A stretch of 64,000 bases of DNA, taken from NCBI GenBank assembly GCA_036517295.1, contig DATDWZ010000008.1, positions 304 to 64,303 of the forward strand. The letters are read 5' to 3'. The DNA is from Minisyncoccota bacterium. GTDB taxonomy: Bacteria; Patescibacteriota; Minisyncoccia; Phycocordibacterales; DATDWN01. The position numbers and the translations under genes are program-made. Under the pieces are notes generated by a model. It was not told where the DNA came from. It was given only the letters and a program-made list of their open reading frames with translations, and did not search any database. Each line of letters opens with the position of its first letter. Positions within the stretch are counted from its first letter, which is position 1. Shown here piece after piece: positions 56,423-64,000 of this stretch.

Positions 56423-57187
56423 TTATGCACAGTCTTCGGTGCTATACTCCCCCACTTTTACCCTTTTTATATGAAAAGTTGTAGCTTTTACGCCTAAACT
56501 CTCGGCCAAATCAGAAACGAACTGCCTAACATAAAACCCGCTCGAAACAGTTATGGAAATTTTATCAATTAGAAAGATGTCAAAGAGACTCTTTGACATA
56601 AGTTCCTGCCATTGTTTTATTATTTCCTCTTGCCTGAAATCACCGGAAACGGAATTTATATTTCTTACGATATATCGTAAGAGATCATCTTTTACAATCT
56701 CTCGTCGTGATACAAAATCCACGGAATGAACCTCAACCTCATGACTCGGTATTTCAATCTCATTCAATTTCCCTTCCCTAGCCCATTGAAAAAGTGGCTT
56801 ACTGTCCACAGGCTTCGACGAATATGCCGGATACTTTTGTTCAAACTTACCAACAAACTTTTTTAACTCTTTTTTTAAATCTTTCCTAGACACTAAATGC
56901 TGACTACTAACCCCTACTCGACCTAAAAGGTCGAGTGTATCCGTCTCAAATCCCCATAAAATCTCAAACTCATATATTTTTGGTAACCCTAAATACTCAT
57001 CCTTTTTCTTTATCTCCTCACCTGACAAAACTAAAAGTAGCCCTTCTGCCATAGGATCCAGTCGCCCGGCATATGTCATTACCACATCCGAATACTCCGG
57101 ATTCTCCTTTTTGAACCTTAAAATTACCTCGTTTGGTGTCTCTCCAATATTTTTATACAGCAGATGGACACCACTATTTTTTTTCAT
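56423..57187 (-). CDS. truB: tRNA pseudouridine(55) synthase TruB
   Basis: AGRLDPMAEGLLLVL (catalytic Asp motif), HLLYKNIGETP N-terminus. Confidence 0.8.
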   Translation of the reverse strand: MKKNSGVHLLYKNIGETPNEVILRFKKENPEYSDVVMTYAGRLDPMAEGLLLVLSGEEIKKKDEYLGLPKIYEFEILWGFETDTLDLLGRVGVSSQHLVSRKDLKKELKKFVGKFEQKYPAYSSKPVDSKPLFQWAREGKLNEIEIPSHEVEVHSVDFVSRREIVKDDLLRYIVRNINSVSGDFRQEEIIKQWQELMSKSLFDIFLIDKISITVSSGFYVRQFVSDLAESLGVKATTFHIKRVKVGEYSTEDCA

Positions 57188-57209
57188 ATATTCTGTTACA
57201 ATAACCCAT

Positions 57210-58154
57210 ATGTCAGATAAATCAAAACCAGAAAACAAAATCAGCACTGAACCGTATAAAGGTGTTCGAGATTTCTATCCGGAAGACATGGCTGTTCAAA
57301 ATTATATTTTTGACACATGGAAAAAAGTGGCCAAAGAAGCCGGCTTTGTAGAATACTCCGCATCCATCCTTGAACCTGCCGAACTGTACAGAGCAAAAAC
57401 TGGCGAGGAAATAGTAAACGAGCAAATGTTCACTTTCACGGATAAGGGTGAGCGGGAGATTGCTCTGCGTCCAGAAATGACCCCAACCTTGGCCCGAATG
57501 ATTGCAGGAAAACGAAAATCTCTCAAATTCCCCCTCCGATGGTTCTCTATCCCGAATCTTTTCCGGTACGAGAGACCTCAACGAGGGCGAAAACGTGAAC
57601 ACTGGCAGTTGAATTGCGATATTATGGGCATAGCTGACCTCTCGGCAGAAGTAGAGACTATTTCTCTAGCTCACGCCATTATGAAAGCCTTCGGGGCGAA
57701 AGACAAGGACTTCGTGATACGAATAAACGACAGAAAACTCCTGAACGAAAAATTTGGGAACGAAAAAGCCATAAAACTTCTCGACAGAAAAGATAAAATG
57801 TCTGCTGAAGAGTTCGATCAAAAATGGAGTGAAGTATCATCGGAACCTTTTGACCCGAATATCGAACCGAACGAGACTATTAAAAAACTTATCGATGGTC
57901 TGAATAAAAAAGGGATAGCAAATGTCATCTTCGATACAACCATAACTCGTGGTTTTGACTACTACAACGGCGTAGTCTTTGAAGTTTTTGATACGGACCC
58001 AGCAAACAACCGCTCACTCTTTGGTGGCGGACGGTATGATAACCTCTTGGAGATTTTTGGCGTAGAACCAATACCGACTATCGGCTTCGGTATGGGAGAT
58101 ATTACTATACGAGACTTTCTCGAAACGCACGGCTTACCAACATGCGAAAAGTAG
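57210..58154 (+). CDS. Histidyl-tRNA synthetase catalytic-core protein lacking the C-terminal anticodon-binding domain (HisRS/HisZ-like)
   Basis: Motif 1 region (KGVRDFYPED). HisA (FTFTDKGEREIALRPEMTP). Motif 2 (FRYERPQRGRKREHWQLNCD). Motif 3 (GGGRYDNL...GFGMGDITIRDF). The protein ends about 12 aa later. Confidence 0.7.
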   Translation: MSDKSKPENKISTEPYKGVRDFYPEDMAVQNYIFDTWKKVAKEAGFVEYSASILEPAELYRAKTGEEIVNEQMFTFTDKGEREIALRPEMTPTLARMIAGKRKSLKFPLRWFSIPNLFRYERPQRGRKREHWQLNCDIMGIADLSAEVETISLAHAIMKAFGAKDKDFVIRINDRKLLNEKFGNEKAIKLLDRKDKMSAEEFDQKWSEVSSEPFDPNIEPNETIKKLIDGLNKKGIANVIFDTTITRGFDYYNGVVFEVFDTDPANNRSLFGGGRYDNLLEIFGVEPIPTIGFGMGDITIRDFLETHGLPTCEK

Positions 58155-58723
58155 TTTTTGATATCGAAACAAAGAATATTTTTCAAGATGTCGGGTCAAA
58201 CAACCCGGAGGATTTGGATATATCGGTCGTAGGAGTATACGATTACGAAACGGATAAATACCTGACCTTTTTGCAGGAAGAATTCGACAAGATGTGGTCG
58301 TTTTTCAAAAAAGCCGATGTTATAATCACATTCAACGGCGAGTACTTCGATATCCCCCTTCTGAACAAATACTACAAAAAAGCAGGCCACGGCGACCTAA
58401 AGAATATTCGCTCTCTTGATATTTTCAAAGAAGTGAAACAGACCTCCGGCAGATGGTTGAAATTGGATAAAATAGCCGAAGGGACTTTTGGTATAAATAA
58501 AGTCGGCGACGGCCTGGAAGCGGTAAAATGGTGGCGGACCGGCGAGATAGATAAAATAAAGAAATACTGCACGGAGGACGTAAAAATCACGAAGGATGTC
58601 TATGAATTCGCTCTTAAAAATAAAAAGATAATGTATAAAGAAGGACCTTTCGTTAAGGAAATAAAACTTGAAACGAAACACTGGGAGCCAATCGCGGAAG
58701 TAAAAACGCAAAGTTTGTTTTAG
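58142..58723 (+). CDS. DEDDy-type 3'-5' exonuclease (RNase H-like fold)
   Basis: VVFDIETKN (Exo I DxE), ITFNGEYFDIPLL (Exo II), YCTEDVKITKDVYE (Exo III YxxxD). Confidence 0.7.
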   Translation: MRKVVFDIETKNIFQDVGSNNPEDLDISVVGVYDYETDKYLTFLQEEFDKMWSFFKKADVIITFNGEYFDIPLLNKYYKKAGHGDLKNIRSLDIFKEVKQTSGRWLKLDKIAEGTFGINKVGDGLEAVKWWRTGEIDKIKKYCTEDVKITKDVYEFALKNKKIMYKEGPFVKEIKLETKHWEPIAEVKTQSLF

Positions 58724-58765
58724 AGACCACTCACGTCCGCTAAATTTCTTTCTCATAATATTTTT

Positions 58766-58838
58766 CAGAGAGACGCGGATAAATTTTTGCTAAAATTTTC
58801 CTTGAGTTCGCTCCGTCGAGCCTCACTAGTCTCTCTTC
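58766..58838. repeat. Copy 2 of the ~73-nt structured repeat (reverse orientation relative to copy 1)
   Basis: See 23555-23627. The hairpin gctc-gacg-gagc replaces cgcg-tcgg-cgcg. Confidence 0.5.
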
Positions 58839-58954
58839 AAAATATTATTCGACAAAATTTAGCTTAGTGGTTATTTTAAATTTTTTGTACGACTTTATTT
58901 TCTTATGAGTAACGCGAATTAGAAAATAAGAAGTGCCCTTGTGGTATTAAAAAA

Positions 58955-58979
58955 GGCGGAGGTTTGCAGTCCCTCCGCC
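58955..58979 (-). terminator. Intrinsic terminator (ggcggagg-tttgcagtc-cctccgcc) with U-tract on minus strand; A-tract on plus (bidirectional-capable)
   Basis: 8-bp GC stem. TTTTTTA follows on the minus strand. Confidence 0.6.
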
Positions 58980-59101
58980 TTTGCCCGTCGCCGACGCCAT
59001 CTGGGTTGGGCTCTCCGGCCCGCTTCCTCACCAGTGACGCTCCGCGCCGTCTTACCTCTTTTGGCCCACCATACTTCGTACGCAGGGCCGGCGCCCGCCG
59101 A

Positions 59102-59269
59102 TCAGCCGCCCGCCGTCGCGTCGGAGTGCGTGCCGTGGCTGTTGGCCGCCGTCGCCGCGCGCGTCGTGTGGTTGGTCGGAATCATCGTGCCGGCGCCCTT
59201 GGGCGTCGCGTTGATGTCGAAGTTATCCAGTCCGGCGCTCGCGCCGTGATCGCTCCGCATTCGTCGCAT
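59102..59269 (-). CDS. Very GC-rich (~70%) small gene: 55-aa Gly/Ala/Thr/His-rich hydrophilic protein with own promoter, SD and terminator (could alternatively be an sRNA)
   Basis: GAGGTGA sits 2 nt before ATG. The product is MRRMRSDHGASAGLDNFDINATPKGAGTMIPTNHTTRAATAANSHGTHSDATAGG. A promoter lies upstream and a terminator downstream. Confidence 0.4.
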   Translation of the reverse strand: MRRMRSDHGASAGLDNFDINATPKGAGTMIPTNHTTRAATAANSHGTHSDATAGG

Positions 59270-59321
59270 GGTCACCTCGTTGGCTCTTGGGTCGAAACAA
59301 CAATCAGTAACAGAAGACTAA

Positions 59322-59350
59322 ACTTTACCATACCCCTCTCTTGCCGTCAA
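59322..59350 (-). promoter_or_regulatory. Sigma70-like promoter TTGACG-N17-TAAAGT with upstream AT-rich UP-like tract, driving the 59269..59102 gene
   Basis: -35 TTGACG (59345-59350, minus strand). 17-nt spacer. -10 TAAAGT (59322-59327). AT-rich tract 59351-59380. Confidence 0.45.
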
Positions 59351-59567
59351 GTATTTTATATTGTTAAATATGAGAATCGCAAAAATATGGCTTAAAATAA
59401 CGAAAATCCGCAGGAGGGCGTTACTCCCACGGATGTCTATCTCGTCATGTACTGTTCGGTCAACCTTTGCACTGCCCTTGAGGCGTGTGTGCGTATGACC
59501 TACCGTTTACTGTCCTTGCCTCCCCATTGCCTAAACGCCGGGTGGGGGTAAAAAAATTGTAGCATAT

Positions 59568-60143
59568 TCACTCAGAATCACCAATCAATTTTTTAAGACT
59601 TGGACCTAGATATACAAATGTTAAATAAGCAACTACCACACCGAGAATCATTCCACCTAAAATATCCGATGGATAATGAACTCCAGCCATAACCCGTGCA
59701 ATGGTCATGAGAAGTGAAGCTATGAGAAACCAAATCCCCCACTTTTTGTTATAGAGATAAATAGCGAAAGAAAAAGCAAAAAAGAAACTGGCGTGTCCCG
59801 ACGGAAACGAGTAAGAATTTTCCGTAAACAACGACTGTATGTCATAAGTCAGAAAAGGTCTCGGACGATGATAGAAAAGTCGGATAAACTCCTCGACTGC
59901 GTATTTTGTAAACAGAGCGGAAAAGAAGACAACCCCCGCCAGCCATATTTTTTCTCTAAAAGAAGATGATTCTCGATAAAGTAACACAAGAAATGCTATC
60001 GGTAAAACAAAAGCTAAGTAAACAGCGAAAAAAACTATCGCCTGGTCTACCACTCCATAATTCCCAACCACAGTATTAAGCATAAGAAATATGAAGACAT
60101 CAAGGTTGGTAAAGAATTGCATCATATAGTAGAATGATATCAT
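59568..60143 (-). CDS. PAP2-family phosphatase (undecaprenyl-diphosphatase/phosphatidate phosphatase-like)
   Basis: KYAVEEFIRLFYHRPRP (KxxxxxxRP), PSGH, ARVMAGVHYPSD (SRxxxxxHxxxD). Confidence 0.85.
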   Translation of the reverse strand: MISFYYMMQFFTNLDVFIFLMLNTVVGNYGVVDQAIVFFAVYLAFVLPIAFLVLLYRESSSFREKIWLAGVVFFSALFTKYAVEEFIRLFYHRPRPFLTYDIQSLFTENSYSFPSGHASFFFAFSFAIYLYNKKWGIWFLIASLLMTIARVMAGVHYPSDILGGMILGVVVAYLTFVYLGPSLKKLIGDSE

Positions 60144-60173
60144 AATAACTTTATAAATTAATACTAGAATCTC

Positions 60174-60866
60174 ATGAATATGGAAAAATTATCGGTTCCA
60201 ATAGCAATCGTCATCGCCGGAATCCTCATCGCCGTAGCGCTTTATTATTCGAATATAAACCCTCCGAAACAAGTCGTGAACACCGCGCCGACTGGCACAT
60301 CCGGCGACATAGAAATGCGGGCTATTACGTCGGAAGACCATATTCTAGGAAATCCTAATGCGGATATAATTATCGTCGAATATTCTGACCTTGAGTGTCC
60401 GTATTGTAAGGCCTTCCACTCAACACTGAAACAGGTCATGGCGGACTATGGTTCAAATGGTAAAGTAGCTTGGGTATACAGACACTTCCCTATTGATCAA
60501 CTGCATTCCAAAGCTAGAAAAGAAGCCGAGGCTACCGAATGTGCCAACGAACTAGGTGGTAACGAAAAATTCTGGCAATATATAAATATGCTTTACGATA
60601 CTACAAACTCGAACGACTCTCTCGATTTGGCCCAACTCCCAATCATCGCTAAAAACGTAGGTCTAGATGTTAAGGCTTTCAACGAGTGTCTCTCCAGCGG
60701 AAGATACTCTGCCAAAGTCGAAGCTGACTACCAAGACGCGGTCAAAGCTGGAGGAAAAGGCACCCCAAACTCGATTCTGGTCTCGAAAGACGGTACAAAA
60801 ACAACGGTCCAGGGAGCACAGCCATATGCAAACTTGAAAGCAATAATCGACGCCCTACTTAAGTAG
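60174..60866 (+). CDS. DsbA-family thiol:disulfide oxidoreductase (membrane-anchored)
   Basis: N-terminal TM. CPYC active site in a thioredoxin fold. Confidence 0.85.
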   Translation: MNMEKLSVPIAIVIAGILIAVALYYSNINPPKQVVNTAPTGTSGDIEMRAITSEDHILGNPNADIIIVEYSDLECPYCKAFHSTLKQVMADYGSNGKVAWVYRHFPIDQLHSKARKEAEATECANELGGNEKFWQYINMLYDTTNSNDSLDLAQLPIIAKNVGLDVKAFNECLSSGRYSAKVEADYQDAVKAGGKGTPNSILVSKDGTKTTVQGAQPYANLKAIIDALLK

Positions 60867-63809
60867 TTTTCTATAAGCACAATACTGACAATTTTTATCT
60901 TCACAAGTCTCACTCCAAAAAGCCAGAGTGGTTATTTCTTGAACTACGGTTTTTATAGTTCCTGATAGCGCCTCCAGATCTTTATCTTCTATTTCAAATT
61001 CTTCTCGGTTGTAACCCCCCGAGTCGTTTGGCTCCAAAAACTCGATAATTCCGGATACCATCTCCGTCCCGTCATATAGTTTCAAAAGCAGTTTGTAGAA
61101 TTGCAATTGACGAATCAAATCTCCGTTGGAATTTCGAGTCTTACCTTCTATGTCGTTACGGGATCTTTGCTTACCTGTCTTATAATCCGTAACTATCACT
61201 TTGCCTTTTTTCAAAACTTCAACCTTGTCCAAGTTTCCGGATAGGATGACACCGTCGGATAGCTCGACGCCGTTTATTTTAAACTCTGTAATTACCGGAT
61301 TGGTTAGTATGGGCCTGGACCAGTCAAACCAGCCGGAAAGAGACTTTTTACCGCGGGCCAGAGCCTCCTCTGCCTCCCTAGGCGACAATATGCCTAAAAG
61401 TCCTAAATGCCTCTCATAAGAATCAAGAAGGAATTTTAAACTCGGTTCCCTATCTTTTGCCACTCGCCACAAATCCTCAACCGCCGAGTGTATAGCAATA
61501 CCATAAATCTGATGTTTTTCGGGAGAACTGGGAATACGCAGTAGGTTTCTATAAAAATACTTCCACGGACAAGATAAGTAGTTATTCAGAGCACTAACCG
61601 ATAAGGGGTGTGAGTGAAATAATTCCCCAACAAAATCCTTATCTATCTTCAATACTCCCGGAGCCTTTCTTTCGGTAAATAATTTCTGCGGATTCTCCAA
61701 GAGACTTTTTTCGAACTTGGTCGTATCCACTATTTCCTTTTTATCATCCCTTATTTCCAGAATAAAAGGCGACGGCAGAACATCCCTACCGTTTTCGTCA
61801 TACGAAGAGTAAGTTATACAAACTGACTTCTTGGCTCGGGTCAGGGCCACATAAAACAACCTCCTTTCGTCTTCTATTGAATTTTTCTCCATACTGACAT
61901 CGCTATCGCCTTTAATATACACCGCCGGAAGGAGGGGCAGATGGTCCCTGTCACTTTTTTCACCAAAAGATGTCTCGGTGGCATTCACGATAAAAACATG
62001 CTCAAACTCCAAACCTTTCGAGCCGTGGGCTGTCATAAGACGAACGGCATTTTCGGCAACATTGTGTCTTGGGCGCTTTATAAACAATTTATGCTCCCGT
62101 AAAACATCGATGTAGTGCATAAAATCTTTAAACTCCGCGCCGGCCTTATTAGTGGCAATCCTTTTACCTTCGGTAAACAATTTTTCGATACCGAGAAAGG
62201 CTCCGGCGTCACGCGAAGAAATCATTGAATCCAAAATGCCGGACTCCCGCAATATCTTTTCCAAAAATTCCGACAGGCTCGATGTATTGGCCGACTTGGC
62301 CCATGATTTGATTTTTCCTCCCAACTCTTTTATTGCTTTATTTTCAGAATCAGAAACCAGGTCGTAAAGAGAAACTTTACTTTTTGACGATTCGGCGATA
62401 AGTCGATATGAATCCAACGGGTCGATATCGAACTCGTCTATATGTAGAACCGGAGTCAAAAACTCTCCATCGCCATAGTGGTAGACGGCATCAAAAACAG
62501 CCAGGAGTTTCCGGACAAACCTCTCCGAGAGCAGGTCCTCATCGGATTCTATGGTATATGAAACCTTGGCTCTTTCCAAAGCCTCGGCCACGACAAAAGC
62601 CTCCCTGTTGGACCGATATAATACCGCAATCTCTCTCGGCGACACGCCTCCCGTTTCGATAAGACCCTTTATTTTATCGGCCACAAAATGAATCTCGTGA
62701 TTTTTATTTTTGAATTCGGCGATGCTTATCCCGGGATTATTTTTTATTCCACCTCCGGCTTTTAGTGCATTTTTTCCGGGCAAAACAGAATGAGCTCCAT
62801 CCAGTATGTTCTGTCCAGAACGATAATTTGTGACTAGTTCTATTATTTTCACCTTCGGATATAACTTCTTTATATAGAAAAAATTCTGAATAGAGGCTCC
62901 TTGAAAACGAAATATTGCCTGCTTCTCATCGCCGACAATAAAAATGTTCGGGTTTTTATGAAAATCACACAAAAGCTCCATGATTTTGTTTTGGGCATTA
63001 TTGGTATCTTGATGTTCATCAACCAAAATATATTGATGGTTTTCCTGAAGTTGTAGTTTCAAATCGTCGTTTGACTCCAGCGCACGCCGAACCTCCATTA
63101 TCATGTCGCTCCAATCATACAGTCGTTTCTCTCTCAACACCTTTTGATACTCGGCGTATAGCAACTGTAATTCCATATTCTTCGCGATAGTTCTTTCGAG
63201 CTTCTTATAATCCCCCTTCATTTTACCCTTATGGGCTCCTTTTTCATGATATAAATCATCTTTTTTTCTGAACTTTTTTTCTTCGGTCGCTACGATTTTT
63301 TTGAACTCTTCCGGAGTTATATCTTCCCGCTTTAATTCCTCTATTTTTTTATTTATGTCACGCAGATAATGCAAAGGCTCTCCCCATGGCCGTAAAATGT
63401 CCAAAGTCAGTTTCTCGACCAATCCTTCCAAAATAGAAAGTGATTCAACTTGGGTTATGTGAGCCGAACCTATAATAGTCGGAAAATATTCCGGATAATC
63501 TTTTATTATGTTGTTACAAAACGAATGAAATGTCTCTATAACCGTCCTGTACGCCAAAGCACCTATAAGTTGAGAAAGTCTTCGGCGCATATTCCCTGCC
63601 CCGGCGTCGGTAAAAGTAAGGGCTAAAATATTTTCCGGTCGAGTATCTGTCTTTTTTAAAATATTGGCAATACGAAGCGTAAGTATCTCCGTCTTGCCCG
63701 TTCCCGGACCGGCCACAACCAAAACCGGACCGTCTATGGTATTGACGGCTTTTTTCTGCTCGGCGTTTAAGTTTTTATATCTCTCTTCAAAATTATCAGT
63801 AATCGACAT
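60855..63809 (-). CDS. UvrD/PcrA-family SF1 helicase fused to a C-terminal PD-(D/E)xK (Cas4/AddB-like) nuclease domain with 4-Cys cluster
   Basis: VVAGPGTGKTEIL Walker A and UvrD motifs. C-terminal VIVTDYKTGK nuclease motif and CEDKNCQYCAYRK cysteines. The likely start is MSITDNF at 63809. Confidence 0.85.
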   Translation of the reverse strand: MSITDNFEERYKNLNAEQKKAVNTIDGPVLVVAGPGTGKTEILTLRIANILKKTDTRPENILALTFTDAGAGNMRRRLSQLIGALAYRTVIETFHSFCNNIIKDYPEYFPTIIGSAHITQVESLSILEGLVEKLTLDILRPWGEPLHYLRDINKKIEELKREDITPEEFKKIVATEEKKFRKKDDLYHEKGAHKGKMKGDYKKLERTIAKNMELQLLYAEYQKVLREKRLYDWSDMIMEVRRALESNDDLKLQLQENHQYILVDEHQDTNNAQNKIMELLCDFHKNPNIFIVGDEKQAIFRFQGASIQNFFYIKKLYPKVKIIELVTNYRSGQNILDGAHSVLPGKNALKAGGGIKNNPGISIAEFKNKNHEIHFVADKIKGLIETGGVSPREIAVLYRSNREAFVVAEALERAKVSYTIESDEDLLSERFVRKLLAVFDAVYHYGDGEFLTPVLHIDEFDIDPLDSYRLIAESSKSKVSLYDLVSDSENKAIKELGGKIKSWAKSANTSSLSEFLEKILRESGILDSMISSRDAGAFLGIEKLFTEGKRIATNKAGAEFKDFMHYIDVLREHKLFIKRPRHNVAENAVRLMTAHGSKGLEFEHVFIVNATETSFGEKSDRDHLPLLPAVYIKGDSDVSMEKNSIEDERRLFYVALTRAKKSVCITYSSYDENGRDVLPSPFILEIRDDKKEIVDTTKFEKSLLENPQKLFTERKAPGVLKIDKDFVGELFHSHPLSVSALNNYLSCPWKYFYRNLLRIPSSPEKHQIYGIAIHSAVEDLWRVAKDREPSLKFLLDSYERHLGLLGILSPREAEEALARGKKSLSGWFDWSRPILTNPVITEFKINGVELSDGVILSGNLDKVEVLKKGKVIVTDYKTGKQRSRNDIEGKTRNSNGDLIRQLQFYKLLLKLYDGTEMVSGIIEFLEPNDSGGYNREEFEIEDKDLEALSGTIKTVVQEITTLAFWSETCEDKNCQYCAYRKLLK

Positions 63810-64000
63810 GAATATAGAATAGCATTTTTTAGAAAAAGCCTCATGGCCCGGGTGTGACCCAAAAATCGGGTACACCCGGAACACGAAGCTCACTTCCCGC
63901 CAGCCATGGACTCCGGAGCGACCAGCCGCAGAACCCGATTGGCTAGAACCTCCGCCGAATCATGGCGGGACAGGAACATTACCAGACCCGCAAAGACGAC

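Noticed and set aside
58921-59094. In-frame open continuation after the TGA stop of the 59269..59102 gene (possible readthrough or alternative genetic code)
   Set aside because: Long standard-code ORFs throughout the window argue against TGA reassignment. The open frame in 70% GC DNA is expected by chance. Mentioned only as a curiosity.
58941-59395. Plus-strand ORFs 58941-59249 and 58964-59395 (Arg/Ala-rich) in the 70% GC islet
   Set aside because: Arg/Ala/Pro-rich translations are the typical wrong-frame product of very GC-rich DNA. The minus-strand 55-aa ORF has a promoter, an SD and a terminator and is preferred.

Overview
Composition and gene content split this window into an AT-rich backbone and several GC-rich inserts. 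The backbone (~35-42% GC, by eye) is a bacterial genome with a streamlined, CPR/Patescibacteria-like look; that lineage call is an inference. It carries, mostly on the minus strand: the dcw cluster mraZ-rsmH-ftsL-ftsI-murF; lysS, cfa, greA; mrdA-mreD-mreC-mreB; proS, rseP, frr, holB and a second mreB paralog. On the plus strand are priA (with degenerate ATPase motifs), def, fmt and typA; then a hisS-like core gene, a DEDD exonuclease, a PAP2 phosphatase, a DsbA-like protein and a UvrD-nuclease fusion. A large secreted NHL/LamG/HYR surface protein and an ECF sigma/anti-sigma pair flanked by FN3-repeat secreted proteins are also present.

GC-rich segments are inserted into this backbone. The first is at 1..~4500 (about 60% GC) and holds serine-recombinase fragments, a tandem-HTH protein, a 5'-truncated PrrC/RloC-like ABC-ATPase/HEPN gene and a polytopic membrane protein. 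The second is at ~8200..10100 and holds a ParB-like gene. Smaller GC-rich islets lie at 15290-15800, 25030-25270, 27860-28170, 30040-30470, 47880-48300, 55950-56420 and 58940-59400. Several of these carry a small ORF with its own ribosome-binding site (and usually a terminator); one also has a promoter.

A tRNA-Asn(GUU) gene at 34598..34915 is interrupted by a ~246-nt group I intron. Its 3' end is overlapped by a large serine recombinase that heads an apparent integrated element, 34.9 to at least ~45 kb. The element carries a Type III restriction-modification pair (mod and res) preceded by an Xis-like HTH gene and a putative PD-(D/E)xK-like gene. It also carries a trypsin-like protease, a TerS-like gene and a PIN-like gene.

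Three repeat families stand out. One is a ~100-bp element with CCCGTTAGAG/CTCTAACGGG terminal inverted repeats that ends exactly at the ATG of four genes. One is a ~73-nt structured repeat in two copies with a compensatory stem change. One is an AT-rich palindromic intergenic repeat family.

No rRNA or CRISPR array was seen. All calls are from reading the sequence and ORF translations; no searches were run.
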